From the NCBI GenBank assembly GCA_038851075.1, contig JAWCLG010000012.1, positions 1 to 28,748 on the forward strand: a DNA stretch of 28,748 bases, read 5' to 3'. Numbering within the stretch: position 1 is the first letter of the stretch; every line of letters starts with the position of its first letter. This document shows, piece after piece, positions 17,193-26,429 of this stretch. The position numbers and the translations under genes are program-made. The notes below the pieces were generated by a model, which ran no database searches, was not told the origin of the DNA, and saw nothing but the letters and a program-made list of their open reading frames with translations. This stretch comes from Candidatus Hadarchaeales archaeon (GTDB lineage Archaea > Hadarchaeota > Hadarchaeia > Hadarchaeales > Hadarchaeaceae).

Positions 17193-18541
17193 CAGCACCT
17201 GCGCTCGACCTCCCTTATGGAATCCTCCAGTATATCAAGGCCAAGCTCCAGATCTCTCTCGGGGATAGTTAGAGGTGGGGCGATCCTTATGGATGACTTT
17301 CCTCCTCTAAAGAGCAGCAGTCCGCGCCTGAGCGCCTCCTGCATGACCATTTCTCTCTGATCTACACCGGGCTCCTTTGTCCTTTTGTCGCTCACGAACT
17401 CGAGCGCCATCAGAAAACCGAGACCCCTCGCCTCTCCAACTATCCTTGAACTCTGCTCAATCTCCTGGAGACGTTTCAACGCCTTGCTGCCGAGCCTTGC
17501 GACCCTATCAACAAGATTTTCCTCCTCAATGATCTTCAATCCCTCAACGGCTACCGCACAGGCCAGAATGTTGCCGCCGAAGGTGGATGCGTGCGCTCCA
17601 GGCTTCCAGTCCATGACCTCCTCTGAGGCCACTGTGGCTCCGAGCGGTGCAATCCCTCCCGCCAGTCCCTTCGCCAGGCATATTATGTCCGGGACAACCT
17701 TCCAGTGATCTATGGAAAACATCTTCCCGGAACGGCCGAGACCTGCCTGCACCTCATCTGCTATGAATATCCAGCCGTTTTCCTCACACAGCTCTTTGAG
17801 CATCGGATAAAAGTCCGGCGGTGGAATGATGTATCCGGATGTTCCCTGCACGGGCTCTGTTATAACGGCTGCAACCTCGTCCGCCGGAATCCTGTCCTTT
17901 ACTGCCTTCATTATGTACTCTATGCACATATGTGAGACCTCTGATGGCTTCCATCCCATCGGAGGCCTGTAAGGATTCGGAAAAGGCATGAAGCTCACCC
18001 CGGGAACAAGCGGGGCGAACTTCTCCGAGTATTTCACGTTGCTGGTCAGGCTGAGCGCGCCCATCGTACGTCCGTGGAAACCTCCTTCAAACGCTATCAT
18101 CCTCGGGCGCCCGGTGTGCCACCTAACGCACTTGAAAGCTGCCTCCACGGCCTCGGTTCCGCTGTTCCCGAGGTAGACTCGCTTATTGAACTTCCCTGGA
18201 GTGATTTTAACGAGGCGCTCCGCAAGCTCAACCTGCGCCTCGTAGTAATAGTCAGTTCCGGCGAAGTGCGTGATCTTTCTGAGCTGCCTCTCTGCCGCAC
18301 GGATGATACGTGGATTCGAGTAACCATAATTAACAACGAACATTCCTGAGGTCAGGTCAAGTATGACGTTACCGTCCACGTCTCTCAGGTAGCATCCCCA
18401 TCCCTCCTCGGCGACCACCGGTTCAGCCCGTGTGTATGACTGCGATATCACCTTCTGATCCCTGGCAAGAATCTTCTTGGCCTTTGGGCCTGGTATCTGT
18501 TTTACTATCTTCGGACCTCTCCCAAGCCACTTTGGCTTCAC
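17192..18541 (-). CDS. Class III PLP aminotransferase (GABA/ornithine aminotransferase-like), first gene of lysine operon
   Basis: IPGPKA, DVDGN, AGTDYY, NSGTEA, FHGRT, DEVQ, AKGL, STFGGN, IRIAPPL; atypical EPVQGTSG. Confidence 0.9.
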   Translation of the reverse strand: MKPKWLGRGPKIVKQIPGPKAKKILARDQKVISQSYTRAEPVVAEEGWGCYLRDVDGNVILDLTSGMFVVNYGYSNPRIIRAAERQLRKITHFAGTDYYYEAQVELAERLVKITPGKFNKRVYLGNSGTEAVEAAFKCVRWHTGRPRMIAFEGGFHGRTMGALSLTSNVKYSEKFAPLVPGVSFMPFPNPYRPPMGWKPSEVSHMCIEYIMKAVKDRIPADEVAAVITEPVQGTSGYIIPPPDFYPMLKELCEENGWIFIADEVQAGLGRSGKMFSIDHWKVVPDIICLAKGLAGGIAPLGATVASEEVMDWKPGAHASTFGGNILACAVAVEGLKIIEEENLVDRVARLGSKALKRLQEIEQSSRIVGEARGLGFLMALEFVSDKRTKEPGVDQREMVMQEALRRGLLLFRGGKSSIRIAPPLTIPERDLELGLDILEDSIREVERRC

Positions 18542-18684
18542 TTCAACACCTTCTTACAAATCTGCTCTGCATATTTAAAAAACAGGGAGATGTTGCCTAT
18601 AAGCCCATATTGTGGAGGTCCTAAAATGAAGGGCCCACTGGGTTGTTTTATTTACCTGTAGAACTGAGATTTTCTGGGTTCACA

Positions 18685-19584
18685 TTGGGAGAATACGTAA
18701 AGTGCGAGATGGTGAGGCTGATCCTCAAGAGGAGAGACCCTAACTCGCACAAAGGTGATTCTGGAAGGGTGCTCGTCATTGGAGGCAGCGGAAGATATGT
18801 TGGTGCCCCGGCTCTGGCGGCTCTTGCCTCGCTCAGGTCAGGGTGCGACCTTGCAACAGTTGCTGCTCCGGAGAAAACTGCCTGGGCCATAAACACAATT
18901 TCTCCAGACATCATCACTGTAAAGCTCATGGGGGAAAATATATCCCAAGAATCGATCGACGGGATCATGGACGAAGTAAAAGCGGCAGATTCACTGGTAG
19001 TGGGTCCTGGACTGGGCAACGATATTGAAACGATAAAAGCTGTTGGATCCCTGCTGCGCGATATCAGGCTGGACTTTCCATCACTGCCGGCGGTGATAGA
19101 CGCCGACGCGCTGAAAGCCGTGGCTTCTGCTGAAGGTGTCGTTAAAGGTGCGCCCTGGGTTCTAACACCGCATGCCGGCGAGTTCAGCATCCTCACCGGG
19201 AGAACAGTGCCGCAAGAAACCGACGAGAGAATAAAAGCGGTGAAACACGCATCCGCAGACCTCGGCTGCGTTATTCTGCTGAAGGGAAGGGTTGACATTA
19301 TATCATCTCCGCGCGGGGAGGTCAGGCTAAACTGGACCGGTAATCCTGGAATGACCGTTGGAGGCACAGGGGATGTGCTCTCGGGAATAATAGGATCCCT
19401 GCTCGCCCAAAAGGTTCCTCCTTTCCAGGCTGCATGGGGGGGTGCCTGGATATGCGGCAGGGCTGGTGATATGTGCATGGAGGAAAAGGGTTATGAATTC
19501 ATCGCGTCAGATTTACTGGATAAAATACCGGACGTGTTCAGAGAGGTAAGGAGGAAGAAACGTGGCAAAGTTCGAAGTGGCTGA
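18685..19584 (+). CDS. nnrD: ADP-dependent NAD(P)H-hydrate dehydratase (YjeF C-terminal domain only)
   Basis: [46 protein letters not shown]; start 18685 (TTG) favoured over 18643 because a TATA-like TTTTATTTA lies at 18646. Confidence 0.92.
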   Translation: MGEYVKCEMVRLILKRRDPNSHKGDSGRVLVIGGSGRYVGAPALAALASLRSGCDLATVAAPEKTAWAINTISPDIITVKLMGENISQESIDGIMDEVKAADSLVVGPGLGNDIETIKAVGSLLRDIRLDFPSLPAVIDADALKAVASAEGVVKGAPWVLTPHAGEFSILTGRTVPQETDERIKAVKHASADLGCVILLKGRVDIISSPRGEVRLNWTGNPGMTVGGTGDVLSGIIGSLLAQKVPPFQAAWGGAWICGRAGDMCMEEKGYEFIASDLLDKIPDVFREVRRKKRGKVRSG

Positions 19585-19708
19585 AAGGCGAATATTCGGC
19601 GTGAAGATATGCATGCGCTGTAAATCACACAACCCGCTGAAGGCCACGAAGTGCAGGAAGTGCGGTTATTCCGGGCTAAGGCCGAAGTCGAGGGAGCAGC
19701 GTGCCTAG
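19562..19708 (+). CDS. rpl40e: 50S ribosomal protein eL40 (missed by ORF track, 48 aa)
   Basis: [48 protein letters not shown]. Confidence 0.95.
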   Translation: MAKFEVAERRIFGVKICMRCKSHNPLKATKCRKCGYSGLRPKSREQRA

Positions 19709-20456
19709 TGTGGAGGAAAAGCTCCGCTCTGTCATAAAAAAAGACGGAGCCGCCCACCTCACTCTGATAGATCCGGAAAAGCAGGACCCATATGACGCCG
19801 GGATGATTGCGGTTGAGGCAGAGGACGCTGGCACCAACGGAATAATGGTGGGTGGATCCACTCACGCGACCGGAGAGGTCCTTGACCAGACCGTCTTATC
19901 CATAAAGAAAAAAACCGATCTTCCAGTGATACTGTTTCCACCGGGAGAATCCGGGATATCAAAACACGCCGACGCAATATTCTTCATGAGCATGCTGAAC
20001 TCAACAGACCCCTACTTTCTCTCGGAGGCACAGGCGAGGGGGGCCCCGCTCGTGAAGAAATTCGGGATAGAGCCGATACCCATGGGATACATTTTGATAG
20101 AACCGGGGGGAACTGTGGGAAAGATCGGTAAGGCCAAGCTGATCCCGAGAAAAAGCGTTGATCTCGCGGTTTCGTATGCGCTGGCCGCTCAGTATTTCGG
20201 CATGCGATTTGTTTATCTCGAGGCCGGATCTGGGGCTAACGCTCCCGTACCCATTGAGATGGTAGAGGCGGTAAGAAAAAACACAGATGTGACATTGATA
20301 GTCGGTGGCGGTATAAGAACCCCTGAGGCGGCAAAAGAAAGAGTGAAAGCTGGTGCCGATATAATAGTTACCGGGACGATAGTGGAAGATGCAGGCCTGC
20401 GCACAAAAATGCTCTGTGAGATAATAGAAGCTATTAAATCATGCGCCTGTGCTTAG
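19701..20456 (+). CDS. Geranylgeranylglyceryl phosphate synthase (group II)
   Basis: [56 protein letters not shown]. Confidence 0.95.
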   Translation: MPSVEEKLRSVIKKDGAAHLTLIDPEKQDPYDAGMIAVEAEDAGTNGIMVGGSTHATGEVLDQTVLSIKKKTDLPVILFPPGESGISKHADAIFFMSMLNSTDPYFLSEAQARGAPLVKKFGIEPIPMGYILIEPGGTVGKIGKAKLIPRKSVDLAVSYALAAQYFGMRFVYLEAGSGANAPVPIEMVEAVRKNTDVTLIVGGGIRTPEAAKERVKAGADIIVTGTIVEDAGLRTKMLCEIIEAIKSCACA

Positions 20457-20658
20457 CGCAGGATATGCATGCATAGGCCTTGACATCAGGTAGAAACACT
20501 CTCCTTCTATCGAGTCCAGGAATGTTTCTGAGATCTCCCAGTCCGTACCTTTTTCTCACCGGTACAGCTTTTATCCTCGGGACCATGCGCCCGCAGTATA
20601 CGCACGAAACAGGCTGACTTCTGCCTCCTGCCTTATAGAGACCCCACTTCTTGCCCAT
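20434..20658 (-). CDS. rps26e: 30S ribosomal protein eS26
   Basis: GRSQPVSCVYCGRMVPRIKA...[11 protein letters not shown] matches eS26 zinc-binding pattern CxxCG...PRDKA...YCxSCA.H. Confidence 0.85.
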   Translation of the reverse strand: MGKKWGLYKAGGRSQPVSCVYCGRMVPRIKAVPVRKRYGLGDLRNIPGLDRRRVFLPDVKAYACISCAKHRRMI

Positions 20659-20713
20659 AGTTCACCTTAATGACTCCGGCTTTGAGGTATAAACTATTTG
20701 GGTTCTCTGAAAT

Positions 20714-21298
20714 TCAGTATTCCTCGCACTTTACCTGGTAGAAGCTCCTCGGGTGCCCACACGATGGACACACCTCCGGAGGCTCTGTGCCGTAGTGGAC
20801 GTAACCGCACTCCCTGCAGACCCACCACACCGGCTTAGGCTTCTTGAACACCGTGCCCTCCTTGACCTCCTTAAGGAGCTTCCTGAACCTCTCCTCGTGG
20901 TGCTCTTCTGCCTTTGCTATGGCCCTGAGCCTAGCAGCGACTTCCGGGAATCCCTCTTTTTCAGCCACATCCGCGAACTCTGGATACATTTTCGTGTGCT
21001 CGTAGTTCTCTCCGGCTATGGCCGCCTCAAGGTTCTGAGCGGTGTTTCCAAGAACCGTCGGGACCCCAGCATCAACCTTTATCTCTTCCAGCTTTTCCCC
21101 GCTCTTTGCCTTCAGCTCGTTTATCAGCTTGAACAGCCAGCTGGCGTGCTCCCTCTCGTTGTCCGCGGTCACCAGGAATATCTCGCCGATCTGCTCGTAT
21201 CCCTCCTTCCTAGCGGCCTTTGCGTAGAAAGTGTACCTGTTCCTCGCCTGCGACTCTCCTATGAACGCCTTTGCCAGGTTTTCAATCGTTTTCTTCAT
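20714..21298 (-). CDS. rbr: Rubrerythrin
   Basis: [29 protein letters not shown] diiron ligands and C-terminal CRECG...CPSC rubredoxin domain; start 21298 or 21304. Confidence 0.95.
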   Translation of the reverse strand: MKKTIENLAKAFIGESQARNRYTFYAKAARKEGYEQIGEIFLVTADNEREHASWLFKLINELKAKSGEKLEEIKVDAGVPTVLGNTAQNLEAAIAGENYEHTKMYPEFADVAEKEGFPEVAARLRAIAKAEEHHEERFRKLLKEVKEGTVFKKPKPVWWVCRECGYVHYGTEPPEVCPSCGHPRSFYQVKCEEY

Positions 21299-21347
21299 AT
21301 CCATCCCAAGCTCGTTTGGTGCAACCACATAAAGCCTTTTCCGAGGC

Positions 21348-21643
21348 GCCGGCGTGCTGGCCGTAACCCACCTTTTGTTTTAGGCGACATTCAGCTCAGC
21401 GGGCTACCACCCGCCTCCGGCAGGCGCTCATCGGCGGAAACTTGCCCTTGCATCCCGCGGGTTGGCCGTTTCATCCTCGCCGGAACAACTTCAGCCTTCC
21501 GGCATCATCATGCACGGACCGGGAGGTCTCGTTTCTGTTCCATTGCCCCAACCTCTCGGCTGGACCCTTGCGGGCTCGCGGGCCTGCCCGATGGGTGGAG
21601 TTTCCTCAGGCTTCGCCCGACGGTCGCCCACCAGCTCGCCGGC
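21348..21643 (-). ncRNA. rnpB: RNase P RNA, archaeal type A
   Basis: P1 GCCGGCGAGCTGG/CCAGCACGCCGGC; CR-I GAGGAAACTCC, CR-II ACAGAAA, CR-III TGAAAC, CR-IV GAATG, CR-V ACAAAAGGTGGGTTA; P8 (GCCC-GCAA-GGGT), P9 and P6 (GGCAGGC/GCCTGCC) present; TTTTATT about 27 nt upstream. Confidence 0.95.
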
Positions 21644-21760
21644 ATTGTAAATTATGTGAAAACTGCCCAATAAAAGGCTCGATAATCTGCAGTGAAATCG
21701 GACAATTCTGCTGGAGCCGAAGACCAGACATTTACGAAATTCAGCAGGAGGCCACATATT

Positions 21761-22501
21761 TTACTCATTCAGAACTATGATGTTTCCCCTTCCCTTCTTG
21801 ATCTTTCGTACCAGTCCGCGGTCTTCTAGGTCCGATATCATCAGGCTGACCTTGGCCTCAGAGTAGGGCAACTTTTCACGTAACTCCACCTGATTTATCC
21901 TCCCGCCGCTCTCCCTTATCACATCCACAACTCTCCTTAGATCATCCGGTAGCGTAACTACCTTCACGGGTCTCTCAGCCTTTTCAATCAAAGCGTGCTT
22001 CCTGCGGCGAGCCTTCACATAATAGGATGCAGCAACTCCGGCCGTCGCAGAGGCAATCGCAATCATCAGGATGATTATCCCGCTCCCATCTCCGTCGCCC
22101 TCGACATCCGGCAAATCATCGTAACTTTCAGGGAGCACATTTTCGTCATTTTCCAGAGCAGGAAACAGGATCAGGTCGAGCATGAGGTTTTCGCCTCCGG
22201 CCAGCACAACGTTTTCCTCAGCATAGGAGGAGAGGATGGATCCTGTGTAGTGACACGCCCTTATCGTGTAGGCCCCCGGCTGTAGTTCAAGCGAGTATGC
22301 GCCATCCAGAGAAACCGTCTGAATCCTGAGAGCCATCTCCGAGTACACCTCGATCACGACGTTGTTCTGAGGCTCAAAATTCCAGAGATCATAAATTATT
22401 CCGTAAACCGTTGCGGTATTCTCCTGCGAGGAAACAGCGGGGGCACACCGGACTATCAGGCAGAGCATGATGAAACCAAGCGCTGGAATTCTCCATCGCA
22501 A
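21761..22501 (-). CDS. Membrane-anchored winged-helix regulator (COG2512-like)
   Basis: Signal peptide, carboxypeptidase-regulatory-like ectodomain (DGAYSLELQPGAYTI), acidic linker, one TM helix, cytoplasmic GGRINQVELR...SEAKVSLMISDLEDRGLVRKIKKGRGNII; TTG 22501 follows AAGGAGG (ATG 22525 possible). Confidence 0.85.
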   Translation of the reverse strand: MRWRIPALGFIMLCLIVRCAPAVSSQENTATVYGIIYDLWNFEPQNNVVIEVYSEMALRIQTVSLDGAYSLELQPGAYTIRACHYTGSILSSYAEENVVLAGGENLMLDLILFPALENDENVLPESYDDLPDVEGDGDGSGIIILMIAIASATAGVAASYYVKARRRKHALIEKAERPVKVVTLPDDLRRVVDVIRESGGRINQVELREKLPYSEAKVSLMISDLEDRGLVRKIKKGRGNIIVLNE

Positions 22502-22727
22502 TGGGCTGGCCTCCTTTACGGTCATAAAAAATTTATTCACATTATAAAGTAATCGCGGGTGAAATAAAGCTTTGTAAAGGATTAAGGGGATTTTTAGCGC
22601 TTGTTTTTATGCCCGGATATAAAGTTTATTTAAATCATTTTTCGGACGAGGTTTAACCGTAATCAATGAACCCGCGCGCGATAGGGGCCGCGGTGGGAGC
22701 TTGACCCGAAAGAAAAAAGGTGAAAAA

Positions 22728-23945
22728 ATGAACGCAAAAATCGGGGCAATTGCGATGCTGGTGCTGGTAGCGACGGCAGCTGTGCCTGCTGTCGGAGCTG
22801 ACACCTACGAGGAGGCAAGAATCAGATATCTGACCGAGAGGGCTGAACTTCTGCAGCAGATTTCCACATGGGAGACCGCAAGAGCCGGATTCCTGCAGGC
22901 TGTATCTAACTGGAGAGGCAACCGAACAGAGTCGAATCTGAATCAGGTCATGCAGGCGGCCAAGAGTTCTGTAGCGGCCATGGGGGACGTTATGATCCAG
23001 TATATGGAGATGCTGAAAATCAGGATAGAGGCCACAAGAGGGCTGTCCGACGAGGAAAAGACCGAATTCTGCGATGAAATAGACGGTTACGTTGATGCGC
23101 TGGAGGGGATGAAGATCTCGGTGCAGAACGCCGGGAACGCGCAGGAGATCAGGACAACCACAAGAGCGCTTTGGAACCACTGGCTGCAGATCCGCGTCAG
23201 GCTAAAGTACATTACCGGCAGGGTGTTAATCGCGGATGCTGAGGCAGCTCTCTGGAGAGTCCAGGCATTTGCGGCGCGTATTGAGGCAAAGATTGCGGAG
23301 CTACAGGAAAACGGCGTTGACACCTCTGCGCTTGAAAGCTGGCTCGCAGAATTGAACTCCAGGCTGGAGACTGCGGAGCAGAGAATAGAAAATGCAAAAT
23401 CCAAAGTTGAGGAGATCACGGACAATATAACCTTTCTGCAGATGTTCGCCGCTGCAGACGCCTACATCAGGGATGCCATCAGATACCTCAGGGAGGCGCT
23501 CAGAAACCTGCAAGAGATAATATTTGAGATGATATCCGGCGGCCACACTGTGACGGTCAGCGGGTCCGGCACGCTCGTTGCCTGGGGCAACGGTAGCGCC
23601 CACATCTCCGTCACGGGCGCAGTTCACGTCAGGGCAAGAATAGAGGGAACCATGATTGTCTCACCGGACGCAAACGTGGTGACATCCGGAACCGGAACTA
23701 GGACTGAGCTCGAAAACGGCTGGGTGCAGTACGAAGGATACGGTGGTGCGGTTGTGACTGGAAATGAGATAACAGTTGACATCAGCGGGACTGGCATCCG
23801 TCTGGTCGTCTGCGGAACGGGGACAGCGACCCTGACCGGGACCGGAGGATTCAGAACTTACGGAGTTAGCCGCTACGAGGCGGAAAACTGGAATGCAGAG
23901 GGATACACAGTTGACCTGGAAACGGGCGGTTACACCTCTACTTAG
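22728..23945 (+). CDS. Hypothetical secreted protein: long helical/coiled-coil region plus Gly/Thr-rich beta domain
   Basis: SD AGGTGA before ATG 22728; signal peptide MNAKIGAIAMLVLVATAAVPAVGA; amphipathic helices then repeated (L/V)xAxGxG strands. Confidence 0.8.
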   Translation: MNAKIGAIAMLVLVATAAVPAVGADTYEEARIRYLTERAELLQQISTWETARAGFLQAVSNWRGNRTESNLNQVMQAAKSSVAAMGDVMIQYMEMLKIRIEATRGLSDEEKTEFCDEIDGYVDALEGMKISVQNAGNAQEIRTTTRALWNHWLQIRVRLKYITGRVLIADAEAALWRVQAFAARIEAKIAELQENGVDTSALESWLAELNSRLETAEQRIENAKSKVEEITDNITFLQMFAAADAYIRDAIRYLREALRNLQEIIFEMISGGHTVTVSGSGTLVAWGNGSAHISVTGAVHVRARIEGTMIVSPDANVVTSGTGTRTELENGWVQYEGYGGAVVTGNEITVDISGTGIRLVVCGTGTATLTGTGGFRTYGVSRYEAENWNAEGYTVDLETGGYTST

Positions 23946-23956
23946 GAGTGGGATGC

Positions 23957-24193
23957 ATGGGAAAGAAGCTGGTGGCAGTTGCTATAATCGTGGGCGTGGC
24001 GCTGGTTGTTGCCGGAGCTGTCCTGACGCAGAGAGCACGCGTAAATGAAACTGGAGGAAACCAGCAAGAAACCGGTACAGGAGCCTCACTGGACCTTGGA
24101 GACATCGACAACATGCTCGACGAAATCGAGGATTACCTGACGTTTGAAAATCAGGATGTCCTCTCAGGGCTGGAGTATCCGGAGTGGGACTGA
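23957..24193 (+). CDS. Small single-pass membrane protein with acidic C-terminus
   Basis: MGKK + 21-residue hydrophobic stretch, flexible linker, DLGDIDNMLDEIEDYL acidic helix; directly follows previous gene. Confidence 0.7.
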   Translation: MGKKLVAVAIIVGVALVVAGAVLTQRARVNETGGNQQETGTGASLDLGDIDNMLDEIEDYLTFENQDVLSGLEYPEWD

Positions 24194-24206
24194 AAAATCC
24201 CGCTCC

Positions 24207-24219
24207 TCTTTTTATTTTT
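24207..24219 (+). terminator. U-rich archaeal terminator
   Basis: CTTTTTTATTTTT about 14 nt after the 24193 stop. Confidence 0.5.
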
Positions 24220-24296
24220 GAAAATACCGTGTATCAGTCGTAAAGCCCGGCCCGATAAAAGATTAAAGTGACCAAACAAACGGTAAACTGAGTAAA

Positions 24297-25043
24297 ATGA
24301 CCGAACTGCTGTGGATCCTGCTGGCGACCTTCTTCGTTAGCCTAATTTCCCTCGCCGGCGCGGTAACACTTGTTCTGTCAGAGAAAATGCTCAGACGTCT
24401 TCTTCTGGTTCTCGTCGGATTCTCTGCAGGAGCTCTCATAGGCGGTGCTTTCCTCCACCTCCTTCCTGAGACTATAGAGGGCGTGGCCGAAGGTCAGCTT
24501 ATAAATGTTTTTCTTGTGCTCATCTCTGGATTCGTGCTGTTTTTCGTCATGGAAAAGCTCCTCTGGCGCCACTGCCACGAGAGAAAATGCCCTATTCACA
24601 CTTTCGCCTATCTGAACCTGCTCGGCGACGGGGTACACAACTTCATAGATGGCCTGATAATCGCGGCGAGCTTTATTGCCAACTTCCAGCTTGGTCTGGT
24701 CGCAACGCTGGCGGTGGCAGCCCACGAGGTCCCGCAGGAGCTGGGGGACTTCGGCGTCATAGTCTACGGCGGTATAAAACCGAAGAAGGCGCTGAGTATG
24801 AACTTCCTAACAGCGCTTGCGGCCGTTGCCGGTGGCATTTTAGGATACTGGCTCAACCCACACCTGGGCAACCTGATGATATTTCTGCTTCCTCTAGCCG
24901 CCGGCGGATTCCTGTACATAGCGGCCTCCGATCTCGTGCCGGAGCTACACAAGGAAAGGGAAAGAACCAGGGTTGTCGCATCCTTCTTCGCCTTTATCCT
25001 GGGTATCTTTTTAATGTGGGCAATAAAATATGTTCTCGGCTGA
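24297..25043 (+). CDS. ZIP family metal (zinc) transporter
   Basis: GAFLHLLPE, RHCH loop, DGVHNFIDG, HEVPQELGDFG, AAGGFLYIAASDLVPELH. Confidence 0.94.
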   Translation: MTELLWILLATFFVSLISLAGAVTLVLSEKMLRRLLLVLVGFSAGALIGGAFLHLLPETIEGVAEGQLINVFLVLISGFVLFFVMEKLLWRHCHERKCPIHTFAYLNLLGDGVHNFIDGLIIAASFIANFQLGLVATLAVAAHEVPQELGDFGVIVYGGIKPKKALSMNFLTALAAVAGGILGYWLNPHLGNLMIFLLPLAAGGFLYIAASDLVPELHKERERTRVVASFFAFILGIFLMWAIKYVLG

Positions 25044-25071
25044 TGAACGGTTAACCAACGGTGATGATGAA

Positions 25072-26091
25072 ATGCAGCGCAAAAAAACCTTGATGGCCGC
25101 CCTGGCGTGGTCACTCCTGCTCTTCGGCCTGTTCACGATAGTCTATCACAGGGTAACCGGCAGCCCCCTCTTTCCGGTTTACGACTATGGAGATCTGAAG
25201 TCGTATCACCCGGTCTTGATCCCCCTCGTATACGTGGCCAACTACATCAGCAGGGCATGGGGCGCTTTCCTGTTTGCCTTCATGCTCGGGGGATTCATCG
25301 AGGCCTTTGTGTCTCGGGAGAGGATGAGGGGTTACCTCTCGAGCAGGAGCGCGAGGTCCTATGTTCTGGCCGCACTTTTCGCCCCCGTGCTCGCGGTGTG
25401 CTCCTGCAGCATGATACCCATCTTCGGAGGCATACTGATGGCGGGGGCAGGGCTAGGCCCGGCGCTCACATTCCTTCTCATGGCACCGGCCGGAAACTTC
25501 CTGGCCATACTCTTCACCTCGGAGCTCATCTCACCGGTGATCGCGGGCGCCAGGTTCGGCTTTGCGTTTCTGGGGGCCATCGTGATAGGCTTCCTCGCAG
25601 CGAGAACTCCTTGGGGGAAGTCGGTCGAGGAGAGGTTCGCAGGACTCTCCGCCAAGTCAGCAGAAACTGTGAATATGGGATTAAGGGACAAGTCCGTAAG
25701 CGCTGTGCGGGAGGCGTATGTCCTCGTGAGGATGGTGCTTCCATACCTCATCATAGGTGTGGCGGTTGTTAGCTTCATAGATGCATACATGCCAAGAGAC
25801 ATCATCGGCGCGTACTTCACCGGTCCCCTCGGGGTGATCCTCGGCGCTGCGATAGGAGTCCCGCTGTACACCCCGACCCTCGTTGAGGTTTTCTTTGTGA
25901 GGTCGCTGGTTGGACTCGGCATGTCGGCTAGCGCCGCGCTCGCCTTCCTGCTCGGTGCCCCCATGTCATCGGTGCCCTCCATGATGGGAGTTTCCAGGAT
26001 CATAGGATGGAGGACTGTGCTCACGTATGCCGTGCTCGCCATCCTCTGGGCGATGGTCTCCGGTTTCGTGTTCATGATCTTCGCAGGGTAG
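25072..26091 (+). CDS. DUF318/ArsP-family permease
   Basis: VCSCSMIP motif, ALTFLLMAP, GVPLY, ALAFLLGAP; ATG 25072 after GGTGATG. Confidence 0.85.
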   Translation: MQRKKTLMAALAWSLLLFGLFTIVYHRVTGSPLFPVYDYGDLKSYHPVLIPLVYVANYISRAWGAFLFAFMLGGFIEAFVSRERMRGYLSSRSARSYVLAALFAPVLAVCSCSMIPIFGGILMAGAGLGPALTFLLMAPAGNFLAILFTSELISPVIAGARFGFAFLGAIVIGFLAARTPWGKSVEERFAGLSAKSAETVNMGLRDKSVSAVREAYVLVRMVLPYLIIGVAVVSFIDAYMPRDIIGAYFTGPLGVILGAAIGVPLYTPTLVEVFFVRSLVGLGMSASAALAFLLGAPMSSVPSMMGVSRIIGWRTVLTYAVLAILWAMVSGFVFMIFAG

Positions 26092-26120
26092 ATGTAAAAA
26101 ACGAAAGGAGGTGAGGAGCA

Positions 26121-26357
26121 ATGAAAATAGAGGTGTTCGGCAGCGGATGCCTGAAATGCAGAAGGACCGAGGATAACTTCAGGAAGGCGGCAAAGGAACT
26201 CGGTCTGAACGCGGAGATAGTCCACGTGTACGACTTTGCGGAGATCGTGAAAAGGGGAATCACGGGCACCCCTGCGGTGGCGGTAGACGGAAGGCTCGTG
26301 GTGAGCGGAAGGGTGCCAGAGGTTGAGGAGATAAAAAAGTGGCTCAAACAGGAGTAA
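26121..26357 (+). CDS. Small thioredoxin-like protein (MTH895/ArsE family)
   Basis: MKIEVFGSGCLKC...GITGTPAVAVDG...GRVP; strong SD GGAGGTGA. Confidence 0.92.
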   Translation: MKIEVFGSGCLKCRRTEDNFRKAAKELGLNAEIVHVYDFAEIVKRGITGTPAVAVDGRLVVSGRVPEVEEIKKWLKQE

Positions 26358-26429
26358 AATACGCCAAGCTGCCTCCGGGCCGCGCTCGGACAAAAATTTT
26401 ATTAGTAGCATCGCCCCATCTCTAACGTC

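Noticed and set aside
18542-18684. Lysine riboswitch or attenuator ahead of the lysine operon
   Set aside because: TATA (TTTAAATA) is only about 30 nt from the start codon, leaving no room for a structured leader
21706-21750. Inverted repeat CTGCTGGA/TTCAGCAG upstream of the RNase P RNA promoter
   Set aside because: Only about 8 bp with a G:U pair and large loop; compatible with chance
21442-21780. Several ORFs (112, 62, 88 aa)
   Set aside because: Overlap the GC-rich RNase P RNA
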